Source of the DNA: Mobula hypostoma
Taxonomy: Eukaryota
Assembly (NCBI RefSeq): GCF_963921235.1
Contig: NC_086097.1
Coordinates: 51,710,001 to 51,774,000 of the forward strand
DNA length: 64,000 bases
Direction of reading: 5' to 3'
In this document: positions 14,069-24,748 of the stretch, one piece after another
How positions within the stretch are numbered: position 1 is the first letter of the stretch
How the letters are laid out: every line of letters begins with the position of its first letter
The notes under the pieces: generated by a model
Database searches by the model: none
What the model saw: the letters and a program-made list of their open reading frames with translations, nothing else
What the model was told of the DNA's origin: nothing
Program-made: the position numbers and the translations under genes

Positions 14069-14504
14069 ACCAGCTGGAAAAATGAACAGAAAAATGGCAG
14101 GTGGAATTGAATGAAAATTTGAGATGTTGTGCTTTGGGAGGACACACCAGGCTAGGACATACAGAGTGACAATAAGATATAGGATCAGAATTAGGCCATT
14201 TGGTCCATCGAATCTGCTCCGCTATTCCATCATGGCTGATTCATAACCCTCTCAACCCTATTCTTCTGCTTCTCCCTATAACCTTTCATGCCCTGACTAA
14301 TTGAGAATCTATCAACCCATGCTTTAAATATACCCAATCTCTTGGCCTCCACAGTCATCTGTGGCAAAGAATTCCACAGATTCATTACCCTCTGGGTAAA
14401 CAAATTTGTCGTCAACTCTGTTCTAAATGAACATCCATCCATTCTGAGGCTGTGTTCATTGACATCTTCAAGGAGCAATGCCTCAGAAGGACCCCCATCA
14501 CCAA

Positions 14505-16400
14505 GGGCATGTTCAGTGTTTAACTCCATAATTCCTACAGTTCTGATTGAAAAGCTACAGAACCTGGGTCTCTCTACCTCTCTTTGCAACTGGATCCTTG
14601 TCTTCCTAACCGGAAGACCACAATCTGCGCAGATTAGTAATAACATCTCCACCTCGCTGACAATCAACACTGGTGCACTTTAGGGATGTGAGCTTAGCCC
14701 ATTGCTTTACTCTCTCTATACCCATGACCGTGGTGGGTCTCATCAGCAAGGATGACGAGTCAGCATACAGAGAGGAGGTGCAGCGGCTAACGGACTGGTG
14801 CAGAGCCAACAACCTGCCTCTGAATCTCAACAAAACAAAAAAATGGTTGTTGACTTCAGGAGGACACGGAACAACCACTCTCCACTGAACACTGACGACT
14901 CCTCTGTAGAGATTGTTAAGAGCACCAAATGTCTTGGTGTTCACCTGGCGAAGAATCTCACCTGGTCCCTCAACACCAGCTCCATAGCAAAGAAAGCCCA
15001 GCAGCGTCTCTACTTTCTGCGAAGGCTGAGAAAAGTCCATCTCCCACCCCTCCATCCTCACCACATTCTACAGAGGTTGTATTGCGAGCATCCTGAGCAG
15101 ATGCATCACTGCCTGGTTCGGAAATTGCACCATCTCGGATCGCAAGATCCTGCAGTGGATAGTGAGGTCAGCTGAGAAGATCATCGGGGTCTCTCTTCTC
15201 ACTGTTACAGACATTTACAACACACACTGCAACCGTAAAGCAAACAGCATTATGAAGGACCCCACGCACCCCTCACACAAACTCTTCTCCCTCCTGCCAT
15301 CTGGCAAAAGGCACTGAAGTATTCCGGCTCTCTCGACCAGACTATGTAACAGTTTCTTCCCCCAAGCCATCAGACTCCTCAATACCCAGAGCCTGGACTG
15401 ACACCAACCTACTGCCCTCTACTGTGCCTATTGTCTTGTTTATTATTTATTGTAAAGCCTGCACTGTTTTGCGCACTTTATGCAGTCCTGGGTAGGTCTG
15501 TAGTCTAGTGTAGTTTTGTGTTGTTTTATGTAGTTCAGTGTAGTTTTTGTATTGTTCATGTAGCACCATGGTCCTGAAAAACGTTGTCTCATTTTTACTG
15601 CGTACTGTACCAGCAGTTATGGTTGAAATGACAATAAAAAGTGACTTGACTTGACTGCGTGGCTAGGCATAGCTCAAACGCCATCTACAGATTTGCTGAT
15701 AAATCAATCATTGTAGGCAGAAGCTCAGATGATGACAAGAGGGCATACAGGAGCAAGTTATACCAGTTAGTTGAGTGGTTTCGCAATAACAACCTTGCAC
15801 TCAACATCAGTGAGACCAAAGAGCTGACAGTGGGCTTCAGAAAGGGTAAAACAAGGGAACACAAGCAAATCCTTATAGAAGGATCAGAAGTGGAGAGAGT
15901 GAGCAATTTCTAACTTGGTCCCAACATATTAATGCAGCTATAAAAAAGGGCAAGACAGCGGCAATATTTCATCAGGAGTTCTAAGAGATTTGGTTTGTCA
16001 TCTAAAACACTCGAAACATATTCAGATGTACCGTGAACAGCATTCTGACTGGCTACATTATTCTCTGTTATGGGTGGGGGGAACTACCACATGGGACCAG
16101 AGTTGTGTAATTAGTCAGCTCCATCATGGGTACTAGCCTCCGTAGTACCCAACACACCTTCAAGGGGTGATGCCTCAGAAAGCCAGTTTCCATCATCAAG
16201 GATCCCCTTCACCAAGGGCATGCTCAGTACTTCTTTAAAAAATTTCTGTTTTCACACTACTTAGTTTACATTAACTTTACTATACAGTTATATATTCACT
16301 GTAATTCAGTTTTTTTTCTATATTTATCACATCTTGTATTGTACTGCTGCTGTAAAGTTAACAAATTTGATGACATATGCCAGTGATATGATTCTGATTC
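14505..16400 (+). mobile_element. Rex1/Babar-type LINE A (14505-14728 plus 15656-16400)
   Basis: FNSIIP...[24 protein letters not shown]...YTHD | CVARHSSNAIYRFADKSIIVGRSSDDDKRAYRS...LALN; tail GATTCTGATTCTG. Confidence 0.85.
14729..15655 (+). mobile_element. Rex1/Babar-type LINE B, 5'-truncated, nested in LINE A
   Basis: TVVGLISKDDESAYREEVQRLTDWCRANNL...KKAQQRLYFLRRLRK; AATAAA and a (GACTT)n tail ending at 15655. Confidence 0.9.
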
Positions 16401-18312
16401 TGGTCCTGGGCTCACCCACTATAGGAAACATCCTCTCCACATCTACACTATTCTGATCTTTCAATATTCAATAGAATTCAATGAAATCCTCTCTCATTCT
16501 TCTAAACTCCAGCGAATGCAGGCCCAGAGCTATCAAATGATCCCCACACGTTAACCTTTTCATTCTCAGAATCATTCTCCTGAACCTGCTCTGAACACCC
16601 TCCAATGTCAGCACATTTTTTAGATAAAGGGGCCAAAACTACACACAATACTCCAAGTGCATCTGACTAATGTCTCAGCATTATATCCTTGCATTCATAT
16701 TATCCTCGAATGCTAACACTGCATTTGCCTTCCTTACCGCCAACTCAGCCTGAAGTTAACCTTTAGGGAATCCTGCATGAGGACTCCAAAGTCCTGTCAT
16801 ATCACTGATTTTTAAAATTTTCTCCCCATTTAGAAAATAGTCTATGCCTTTATTCCTTCTACCAAAGTGCATGAGCATATACTGTACTTTCCTATACTAT
16901 ATCGATGGGCCAAATGGCTGACTTCTGCTCCTTTGTCTTATGGTCTTATATTCCATCTGCCACTTCTTTGTCCATTCTCCTAATTTGTCTAAAACCTTTG
17001 GCAGATTCCCCTTTTCCTCAACATAACCTGTCTCTCCACTATCTTCATATTGTTTGCAAACATGGCTACAAAGCCATCAATTCTGGCATCCAAATCATTG
17101 ACACACAATGTGAAAAGAAGTGGGCCCACACTGACTACTGAGGAGCATCAGCAGCCAACCAGAAAAGGTCCCCTTTATTCCCAGTCTTTTTGTCCTGCCA
17201 GCAGGCAATCTTCTATCTATGCTAATATCTTTCCTGTAATACTGGTGTGCTCTTATCTTATAAAGCAGCTTCATGTGCAACAGTCTGTCAAATACCTTCT
17301 GAAAATCCAGGCAAGCAACATCCACTTGACTCTCCTTTGTCTATCAAATGGTAGGGCACCGAAGAGTGTGGTAGAACAAAGGGATCTGGAAACAGATCCA
17401 TAATTCCTTGCAAGCGATACACAGGTAGATAAGACACTGAAAAGAGCTTTCATGCATTGGTTTTCATAAATCAGAGCACTGAGTACAAGAGTTGGGATGT
17501 TATATGAGATGGTGATGAAGCAAAACTTGAAGTATTCTATGCAGTTCTGGTGACCTAGCTGCAGGAAAAATATCAATAAGATTGAAAAAGTGCAGAGAAA
17601 GCTTACAAGGATGTTGCTGGGATTTGAGGACCTGAGTAAAAGGGAACGGTTGAATAGGTTAAGCTTTTTTTCCCAGGAGTGCAAGAGAATAGGAGAGATT
17701 TGATAGAGGTATACAAAATTATGAGAGGAAAATAGGGTAAACAGATGTATGGTTTTTTCACCAAGGTGGGGTGAGACGAGAACAAGAGATTGTAGTTTAA
17801 GGGTGAAAGGTGCAATATTTAAAGGGAACATGAGGGGGAGTTTCTTCTTTTAGCGGGTGATGCAAGTTTGGAATGAGCTGGAAGCGGAAGTGGTGGTTGT
17901 GGTTTCAAATGCAATATTGAAGAGAAGTTTGCATAAGTACATGGGATAGGAGGGGTATGGAGGACTATGGTTCAAATGCGAGTCACTGAACTAAATAGAA
18001 TAGCAGTTCAGTGTGGACTGGTTAGGCTGCTTGGCCTGTTTTTGTGTTGTAGTACTCAATGACTCTAGCCTTTTAACTCCAGAATCAGGTTTAATATCAC
18101 TGGCACATGTCATGAAATTGTTGTTTAGTTGCAGCAGTACTACAGGTGGTGGTTTGGGTGATACATAATAATAAAAACTATGATTTACAATAAGAATTGA
18201 ATTGACCTTATTTCTCACAAACTTCACATACATGAAGAGTAATAATCTTTACATTACGTCTCTGTCTGAATGTGCAATGTGCAATTTATAGCAATTTGTA
18301 ATAAATGGTATG

Positions 18313-18882
18313 TGTTAGAGTGAGTTTTTTTGGGTAGATGATTTGTTTACATTTAAATGACTTTGTCCACCAGATTTCTGTTTTAACTATTTGACAAAGG
18401 ACTGTGGATTGAGTCCACCACAATGGGCTTCCTAAAAGGTGTAAATACCAGATGCTTCTGGCGCCATAGTTTGGCCTAATGCTGTAGTTTTGAAGATAGT
18501 GTTATCTGTACATTATAATTATTAATTGTCTTCTATGTTAGCACGGGAAATGCCAAATAAATGTTTCGCAGACTTAACTTGCATTCCTAAAGGCTGTGGA
18601 TACCAACCCGGACATGTTGGCGTCGGAAGGAAAGGATGGTGTGATATTTTGTATGTAGCTTCAATAGGAAGCATTGTCTATGCATTGTCTATAACTTTTT
18701 AAGTAGCGATTGCCTTTGTGTTTAGCATATAAATATCGAGCCCACGTTGAGCTAGCAGACCTTTCTGCGGAAAGCGTCTCCATCCGTAAGATGCCTACTG
18801 TACCTTGTTGTGTGGAATAAAGAAGCTGCTTTGTATCTACCAGTAACTCTGTCTCTCCGGTAATTTCATCCACGTTACAACA
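18313..18882 (+). repeat. 5' LTR (570 bp)
   Basis: TGTTAGAG...TACAACA; TATAAA at 18728-18733, AATAAA at 18816-18821; direct repeat of 22999-23568. Confidence 0.97.
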
Positions 18883-18884
18883 TT

Positions 18885-18902
18885 TGGTGTCAGGAGTGGG
18901 AT
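18885..18902 (+). promoter_or_regulatory. Primer-binding site complementary to the tRNA-Leu(CAG) 3' end
   Basis: TGGTGTCAGGAGTGGGAT, separated from the LTR end by 2 nt, is the reverse complement of ATCCCACTCCTGACA-CCA. Confidence 0.9.
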
Positions 18903-19063
18903 ATCTTCGTGACCTGTCATGTGGCCAGCGTTCCTAAGCAGTCTTAAGTTGGTGAGTATTTTTCTAAAGTAACGTTCACACTTGGATCTGTTCGGTCGGT
19001 GGACACATGGGAACACGAGGTATCACGAACGTGGAGAGCTGAACTGGTAGATATAAAAGTAAT

Positions 19064-20317
19064 GTGTGCGTGTGCATGTGTGCTTATGTAAGTGAGGAAT
19101 CTTTGCATGTTGACTTGGTTAACTTGGAGGCACCAGTTGCAAAAGGTGGTAACCAACGGTACGGTTCGAGACGTTCGAGACGCCAGAGTAGGGGCGTGTA
19201 TACTCGTTCGGGGAGCTGCATTTTAGTGTATGCGTGTGCAAGTGTGATGCAAGGGAATACAGTAGGCATCATGAGTTCAGGTACTCAAAAGTGGCAGATT
19301 GTGGAATACATACTCTGCGGTTTTAAGTATGTACTGTTTAACTGCTACCCGTCTATGATATTTTGCATAGTGTGGGAATTAGTGTGGGGATATCTCAGGG
19401 AGAGGTTTTACCCAGAGAGATTGATCAGAATGGCACCTATTGAAGTCAGGCAACGTCAGGTTCAGAACCCTGATGATCTGAGCCAGCCCTTGACCTTGAT
19501 TACGACTATTCATAAGCCCTTCACCCCTGGGGAGAAACAGAGCATTTTGTCCGAGTTGCCCTCACTTAAAGTCGCCTGTGGGAATTCAGAATTCTGGTGC
19601 AAACTCGAGGAAATGGTTGAAATTCACCAGATGCACCCTAAAGATATACATGTGTTAGTGAAAGCAAAGTGCCTGAGGAATATGTGGGACAGGATGGCCC
19701 AGGGGGTGCGGGATGGTACATGGACAACTACCGGGAGCGCCAGTAATGAAGAAAGACATGGCTCTTTTAAAGGAGAAGTGAGGCAGTGCCTGGGGGGAGG
19801 CGAGAGTAGCTGGGGAACGATAGTGGCAGTGATTCAAAAAGCTGACGAGACAGCCATGGATTATGCAGAGCATAAACACCAAGCATATGAGGAGTATTTA
19901 GGATTGGATAATCCAGGGAGGGATGACCCAGTCTTCCTAAAAATGCTGAAGGAAGGCCTGAGCTCAGCCCACCAAGAAGTTTTAGATTTAGGCATAACAG
20001 TAGGGTCTGACTACTCTGCGATAGTTTCGTGGGCCAGTGAGATAGACCAAAGAAAAGGCAAGAGAAATTGTAAAGTGGGTATAATGGATGCAGGTGCTGT
20101 GATGTCCTGGAGGGCTTGTTTTGCTTGCCAGCAGCCAGGGCACATAGCAAAGGACAGCTGGACCTGGCATAACACAGTGAAGGAGTTGATATGCTACAGC
20201 TGTGGCCTATCGGGACATAGCCGGAGACAGTGTTCCAAAAGGGTGGGGGGAAACCCAGGCGAAGGAGACGGCAGACACCCAGTCACTCACCCCATCAGCA
20301 GCCAGTCTGACTGTTGA
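19064..20317 (+). CDS. gag: Gag-like ORF (capsid plus nucleocapsid zinc knuckles); true start uncertain, possibly MAPIEV at ~19430
   Basis: Open 417-aa frame; QKADETAMDY (major-homology-region-like), CFACQQPGHIAKDS (last Cys lost) and CYSCGLSGHSRRQC knuckles. Confidence 0.85.
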   Translation: MCVCMCAYVSEESLHVDLVNLEAPVAKGGNQRYGSRRSRRQSRGVYTRSGSCILVYACASVMQGNTVGIMSSGTQKWQIVEYILCGFKYVLFNCYPSMIFCIVWELVWGYLRERFYPERLIRMAPIEVRQRQVQNPDDLSQPLTLITTIHKPFTPGEKQSILSELPSLKVACGNSEFWCKLEEMVEIHQMHPKDIHVLVKAKCLRNMWDRMAQGVRDGTWTTTGSASNEERHGSFKGEVRQCLGGGESSWGTIVAVIQKADETAMDYAEHKHQAYEEYLGLDNPGRDDPVFLKMLKEGLSSAHQEVLDLGITVGSDYSAIVSWASEIDQRKGKRNCKVGIMDAGAVMSWRACFACQQPGHIAKDSWTWHNTVKELICYSCGLSGHSRRQCSKRVGGNPGEGDGRHPVTHPISSQSDC

Positions 20318-22363
20318 TCACATCAAGGAGTTAGTTATGGCGCCTCTTAAGGCAGAAAAGGATGTGGCAGCGGGCTCCACTGCCAGCGCTGGTGACTCAC
20401 GGATCTTCACAACGGCATTGGCAGGGGGACGGCAATGCAATATGTTAGTGGACACAGGGGCATCTGTATCGATAACAGACTTACCCTTACCAACAACCGG
20501 ACAGGCCAGTTATATCAGGGGTGTAGGAGGGAAAACAGTAAAAGCAGAAAGAAGCGAGAAGCAAATACTAGAAATCGGGGGAGTGCAGCTTCCAGTGTAT
20601 TTCTGGGTATGTCCAAATAATGAGGACATGATCCTTGGAATAGACATCCTACGGGAAGCAGGAGCTGTTATAGATTCGGCAAAGGGAGAAATAATATGGA
20701 CGAGACAGGGGCAGCGAACGCTTACGACCAACAGAATACACAAGCAAGATTGTGGTCAAGTAAAGATAAACCCAGTTAAGATAGAGGAGGGTCTATTTCA
20801 ACCCCCTAAGCAGGACCCTACACAAAATGACACACTGACCACTGTTGAGGGTATAGCGAAGGAACAAAAACACCAGGGGATACTCAGAGAGACTGTGGCC
20901 ACTCCAGAACATAAAGTTTTCCCAGCTCCTCCAAGGGCAGAAGTTACTGTGAAGAAGGCAGCAGAGGAACAAGAGGCAATTGAAATTGCAAGTGTGCAGG
21001 AGGAAATGACAGAAGCCAGCTTAGTAAAATTATATGAAGAGGTAGAGGCAGAAGAGAAGGAAAAATGGAGGAGAAAAGGAGCAAAGGAGGAATCAGACGG
21101 GTGCTGGACACATGGGGAGGAAAGAGTCGTGATGGCCCCACCCTGCATTAGACAGATACTACTGAAGTTTTATCATGGGGCGATGCATCAGGGAAGGCGG
21201 AGCATGATCACAACCCTCTGGCAGGACTGGTGGTGGCCAGGGATGGGCGGGAATGTTGAGAAATTCTGCCACCGTTGTATCATTTGTGCCCAGCATAACC
21301 CTGGTAAGGGCAGAAAGCTACAGCTGGCAAATCAGCCTCGGCTGAGGGGACCCTGGGAAAACATCTAAATAGACTTCACAGGGCCCCTGCCAAAAAGCAG
21401 GGGGAAAAGCTACTATCTAGTAATTATGGATCACTTCACCTGGTGAGTGGAGGCTTTCCCAACAAGGGACTGCACCACCCGCACCGCTGCATGGATCCCA
21501 GTTCAGGAAATCCTCCCAAGGTGGGGAACCCCAGTCCAGGTGGATTCAGATCAGGGAGCACATTTCACAGGGAAAGTGATGAAGGAAATGTGCCGACTGC
21601 TAGGGATTCGACAACAGTTCCACGTACCCTACCAGCCCCAGAGTTCAGGAATGGTAGGAAGGATGAACTGAACAATCAAGAATGTGTTAGCCAAAGCTAT
21701 AGCTGAGACAGGAAAGACATGGGTGGATGTATTACCAGGAATCTTGATGAGATTGCGCGCAACCCCGAACCGCACTTTGGGTCTCAGCCCCTACGAATTA
21801 TTGATGGGCGAGCAATGCGACTCTCTTATGGGGTAATTACGGGTTGCGGGGAGCCTGGGGCTTACAGGGACAGAATGACCCAATATGTGAAAGACCTTTG
21901 TAACCAACTTAAAGTATTAAAGGACTGAGTGAAGCAACAACAGCGAATCACTGATCAGAAAGAGCCAGAGGGAAAGGGGATAGTCCTTCCACAGTCCGGT
22001 GACCAAGTTATGGTGAGGGTGCTGCCAGAAAGGCCAGGGTTTGCCCCCAGGTGGATAGGACCACAGACAGTACACTTAACCAATGATACGTGTGTCTGTG
22101 TACAGACTCGGCGAGGCAGCCTGTGGAAACACTGGACCCAGGTTAAAGCATACAACTCACCCTCTTGTTGCTCCCACAGAAGGAGTGGGGAACCAAGTGT
22201 ACCCAGTAACCATGTAATTACAGAGAACCTAAGAGAGGAACACCAGCTGACCATGGCAGACCTGACCACAGCTGATGAAAACATACCCAGAGAAAACACA
22301 AAGGCAGAAAACGCTGACAACGTGGCAGAAGACACTGAGAACGTGTTGGAAAACCATGAATAG
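20202..22363 (+). pseudogene. pol: Internally deleted pol: aspartic protease fused to integrase, with stops and a frameshift in integrase
   Basis: LVDTGAS and ILGIDIL (protease); YHGAMH...CHRCIIC (HHCC); IDFTGP, DSDQGAHF and PQSSGMVGRMN (core; catalytic E appears as G); PRWIGP...WKHWTQVK (C-terminal domain). No YxDD motif. Confidence 0.9.
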
Positions 22364-22977
22364 CCTGCTAAAGTGTGATGATGATGGTGCTCTGTAAAGA
22401 AGGCTGGTTGCCGAAGGTAGAAGATTAATTTTATAGCATAGTATAGAAAATTATTTGGAAAATAGACGTGGAGAGATTTTTGAGTTAAGGCAGAGACGGC
22501 AAGTTCCACCACTTCGATGGCATTTCAGACTGCACACGGCATCTGAAAGCAGTCACCCCGAGTCTGAGGAGCTGAGCCCTTTTCAGCAGTTGAGCCAGTG
22601 ATCAACGGAACAGTTCGGAAGGGGGTGCCACCGGGGAGAGGTCCTTGCAGACATTTACGTAGAGGCCACCCCAACCCCTTCCTGTACATCGATGAGAGAG
22701 CTTGTGGGTGCTCCTGGAAGGAGAGTTTCAGCGACCAGAGGATAAAGGGCAGAAGACAAAGGAATGTGATTAAGATGCAGTCAGCCTGCAGGCACATGAA
22801 AGGAGCTGCATTCCTAAAGACTTGGAACAGCCTCTCCGCTTAACATTTGGTAGGTAATGCTAGGATAGATATCGAGGTACATAACTGGGGGGGAATTTCG
22901 AGACAGGGCATTTTGCGGCCCTGTTTGAGCAGATCCTCGTAGGTTGGCCTTTCCTAATACAAATATAATTTTTGTCC

Positions 22978-22998
22978 AGGAAGGCCAAGAGGATGGAC
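22978..22998 (+). promoter_or_regulatory. Polypurine tract
   Basis: AGGAAGGCCAAGAGGATGGAC immediately precedes the 3' LTR. Confidence 0.75.
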
Positions 22999-23568
22999 TG
23001 TTAGAGTAAGTTTATTTGGGTAGATGATTTGTTTACACTTAAATGACTTTGGCTACCAGACTTCTATTTTAACTGTTTGACAAAGGACTGTGGATTGAGT
23101 CCACCACAATGGGCTTCCTAAAAGGTGTAAATACCAGATGCTTTTGGCGCCGTAGTTTGGCCTAATGCTGTAGTTTTGAAGATAGTATTATCTATACATT
23201 ATAAATATTAATTGTCTTCTATGTTAGCATGGGAAATGCCAAATAAATGTTTCGCAGACTTAACTTACATTCCTAAAGGCTGTGGATACCAACCCGGACA
23301 TGTTGGCGTCGGAAGGAAAAGATGGTGTGATATTTTGTATATAGCTTCAATAGGAAGCATTGTCTATGCATTGTCTATAACTTTTTAAGCAGCGATTGCC
23401 TTTGTGTTTAGCATATAAATATCGAGCCCACGTTGAGCTGGCAGACCTTTCTGCGGAAAGCGTCTCCATCCGTAAGATGCCTGCTGTACCTTGTTGTGTG
23501 GAATAAAGAAGCTGCTTTGTATCTACCAGTAACTCTGTCTCTCCAGTAATTTCATCCACGCTACAACA
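22999..23568 (+). repeat. 3' LTR (570 bp)
   Basis: About 22 substitutions versus the 5' LTR by manual comparison, no indels noticed; AATAAA at 23502-23507. Confidence 0.97.
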
Positions 23569-24748
23569 GTATGTTCAACAGGACAGTAAATATAACATAG
23601 AAATACAATTGTATCAGCGTAAATTAATCAGTCTGATGGCCTGGTGGAAGAAGCTGTCCCGGAGTCTGTTGGTCCTGGCTTTTATGCTGCAGTACCATTT
23701 CCCAGATGGTAGCAGCTGGAACAGATTGTGGTTGGAGGGACTCAGATCCCCAGTTATCCGTCTGAGGTGAAAGAGGCGCTGTTGTGCTTTTTTCACCACA
23801 CAGCCAGTATGTACAGCCTGTGATGTGTAGGCCGAGGAACTTAAAGCTGTAAACCCTCTCAACCCCAGATCCATTGATGTCAATAGGGGTTAGCCTGTCT
23901 CCATTCCTCCTGTAATCCACAACCAGCTCCTTTGTTTTTGCGACATTGAGGGAGAGGTTGTTTTCTTGACACTACTGTGTCAGAGAGACGACATCTTCCC
24001 TGTAGACTGCTTTGTTATTACTTGAGGTAAGGCCAATCAATGGAGTATTGTCAGCAAATTTAATTAGCAGATTGGAGCTGTGGGTGGTTACACAGTCATG
24101 GGTATACAGAGAGTAAAAGAGGGGGCTTAGGACACAGCCCTGAGGGGCTCCTGTGTTGAGGGTTAGAGGGACAGAGGTGAGGGAGCCCCCTCTCACCACC
24201 TGCCGGTGATCTGTCAGTCCAGGATCCATATAAACAAATGGAAAATTAAATTAAACATGTAGTGCAAAAAGAGCAGAAAAAAGTACTGAGGAAATATTCA
24301 TGGTCATTGTCCATTCAGAAATTCAACGGTGGAGGGAAAACAGCCATTCCTGAAACATTGAGTGTGTGTCTCCAGGCTCCTGGACCTCCTCATTGACAGT
24401 AGCAGTGAGAAGAGGGCATGTCCTCTGTAATGGGGGTCCGTAACGATGGATGCTGCCATATTGTACCTTTTGAAGGTGCCCTGAATGCTGAGGAGGGTAG
24501 TGACCATGATGAAGCTGGCAGAATTTACAATTTTTTGCAGTTTGCAAGTGTCTTTGGTGACAAACCAATTCTCCTCAAACTCCAAATAAAATATAACCAC
24601 TGCTGTATCTTCTTTGTAATTGCATTGATATGTTGGGCCAAAGTAGTCCTCAATGAGGACTGATGTGTATTTCCTCAACTTCCCCTTACTGAAGACCACA
24701 ACTGATTCCTCAGAGTGCAAGGTGGTTGTTGCAACATCAGTCAGCCCA

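Larger units (their letters stand above)
9300..14070 (+). mobile_element. Decayed endogenous retrovirus (gamma/epsilon-type): gag, RNase H, integrase and env remnants, interrupted by later insertions
   Basis: Colinear remnants: gag-like STFMDGLKPDAAKMVKL (~10075), RNase H (10790-11210), integrase (11610-13095) and env LQNRMTLDLLLA (14024-14059). No LTRs recognised; boundaries approximate. Confidence 0.8.
14173..17340 (-). mobile_element. Antisense CR1-type LINE split into 14173-14456 and 16398-17340
   Basis: Minus-strand [13 protein letters not shown] (3' end) and DVACLDFQKVFDR (RT). The two halves join across the Rex insertions. Confidence 0.8.
14080..18065 (+). mobile_element. CR1-type LINE split into 14080-14172 and 17345-18065 by nested insertions
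   Basis: GGCTAGGACATACAGAGT (~14150) continues logically as AAATGGTAGGGCACCGAAGAG (~17346). The distal part resembles 13261-13838. Confidence 0.7.
18313..23568 (+). mobile_element. Full-length non-autonomous LTR retroelement / ERV-like provirus (Gag-PR-IN; no RT/RNase H, no env)
   Basis: Paired 570-bp TG...CA LTRs, 5-bp TSD GTATG (18308-18312 and 23569-23573), PBS, PPT, and gag, protease and integrase motifs. Confidence 0.95.
18196..24229 (-). mobile_element. Rex1/Babar-type LINE C (18196-18312 plus 23569-24229), target of the LTR element
   Basis: LNTGAPQGCVLSPLFYSLYTHDC...IKFADNT and KKAQQRLFHLRR...RLRDSFFHQAIRL. The 3' UTR is continuous across the LTR insertion; tail AATTGAATTGA. Confidence 0.85.

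Noticed and set aside
20248..20254. G GGA AAC as a -1 ribosomal frameshift site
   Set aside because: It is in the gag frame, but the -1 frame stops after about 19 codons. Protease is in the +1 frame.
21443..22998. Gmr1-like or Copia-like PR-IN-RT domain order
   Set aside because: No RT motifs or space for RT between integrase and the 3' LTR. RT/RNase H edge remnants appear upstream of integrase instead.
18661..23559. Twin 70-aa minus-strand ORFs MDEITGET...
   Set aside because: They are the two LTR copies read antisense; no independent coding evidence.
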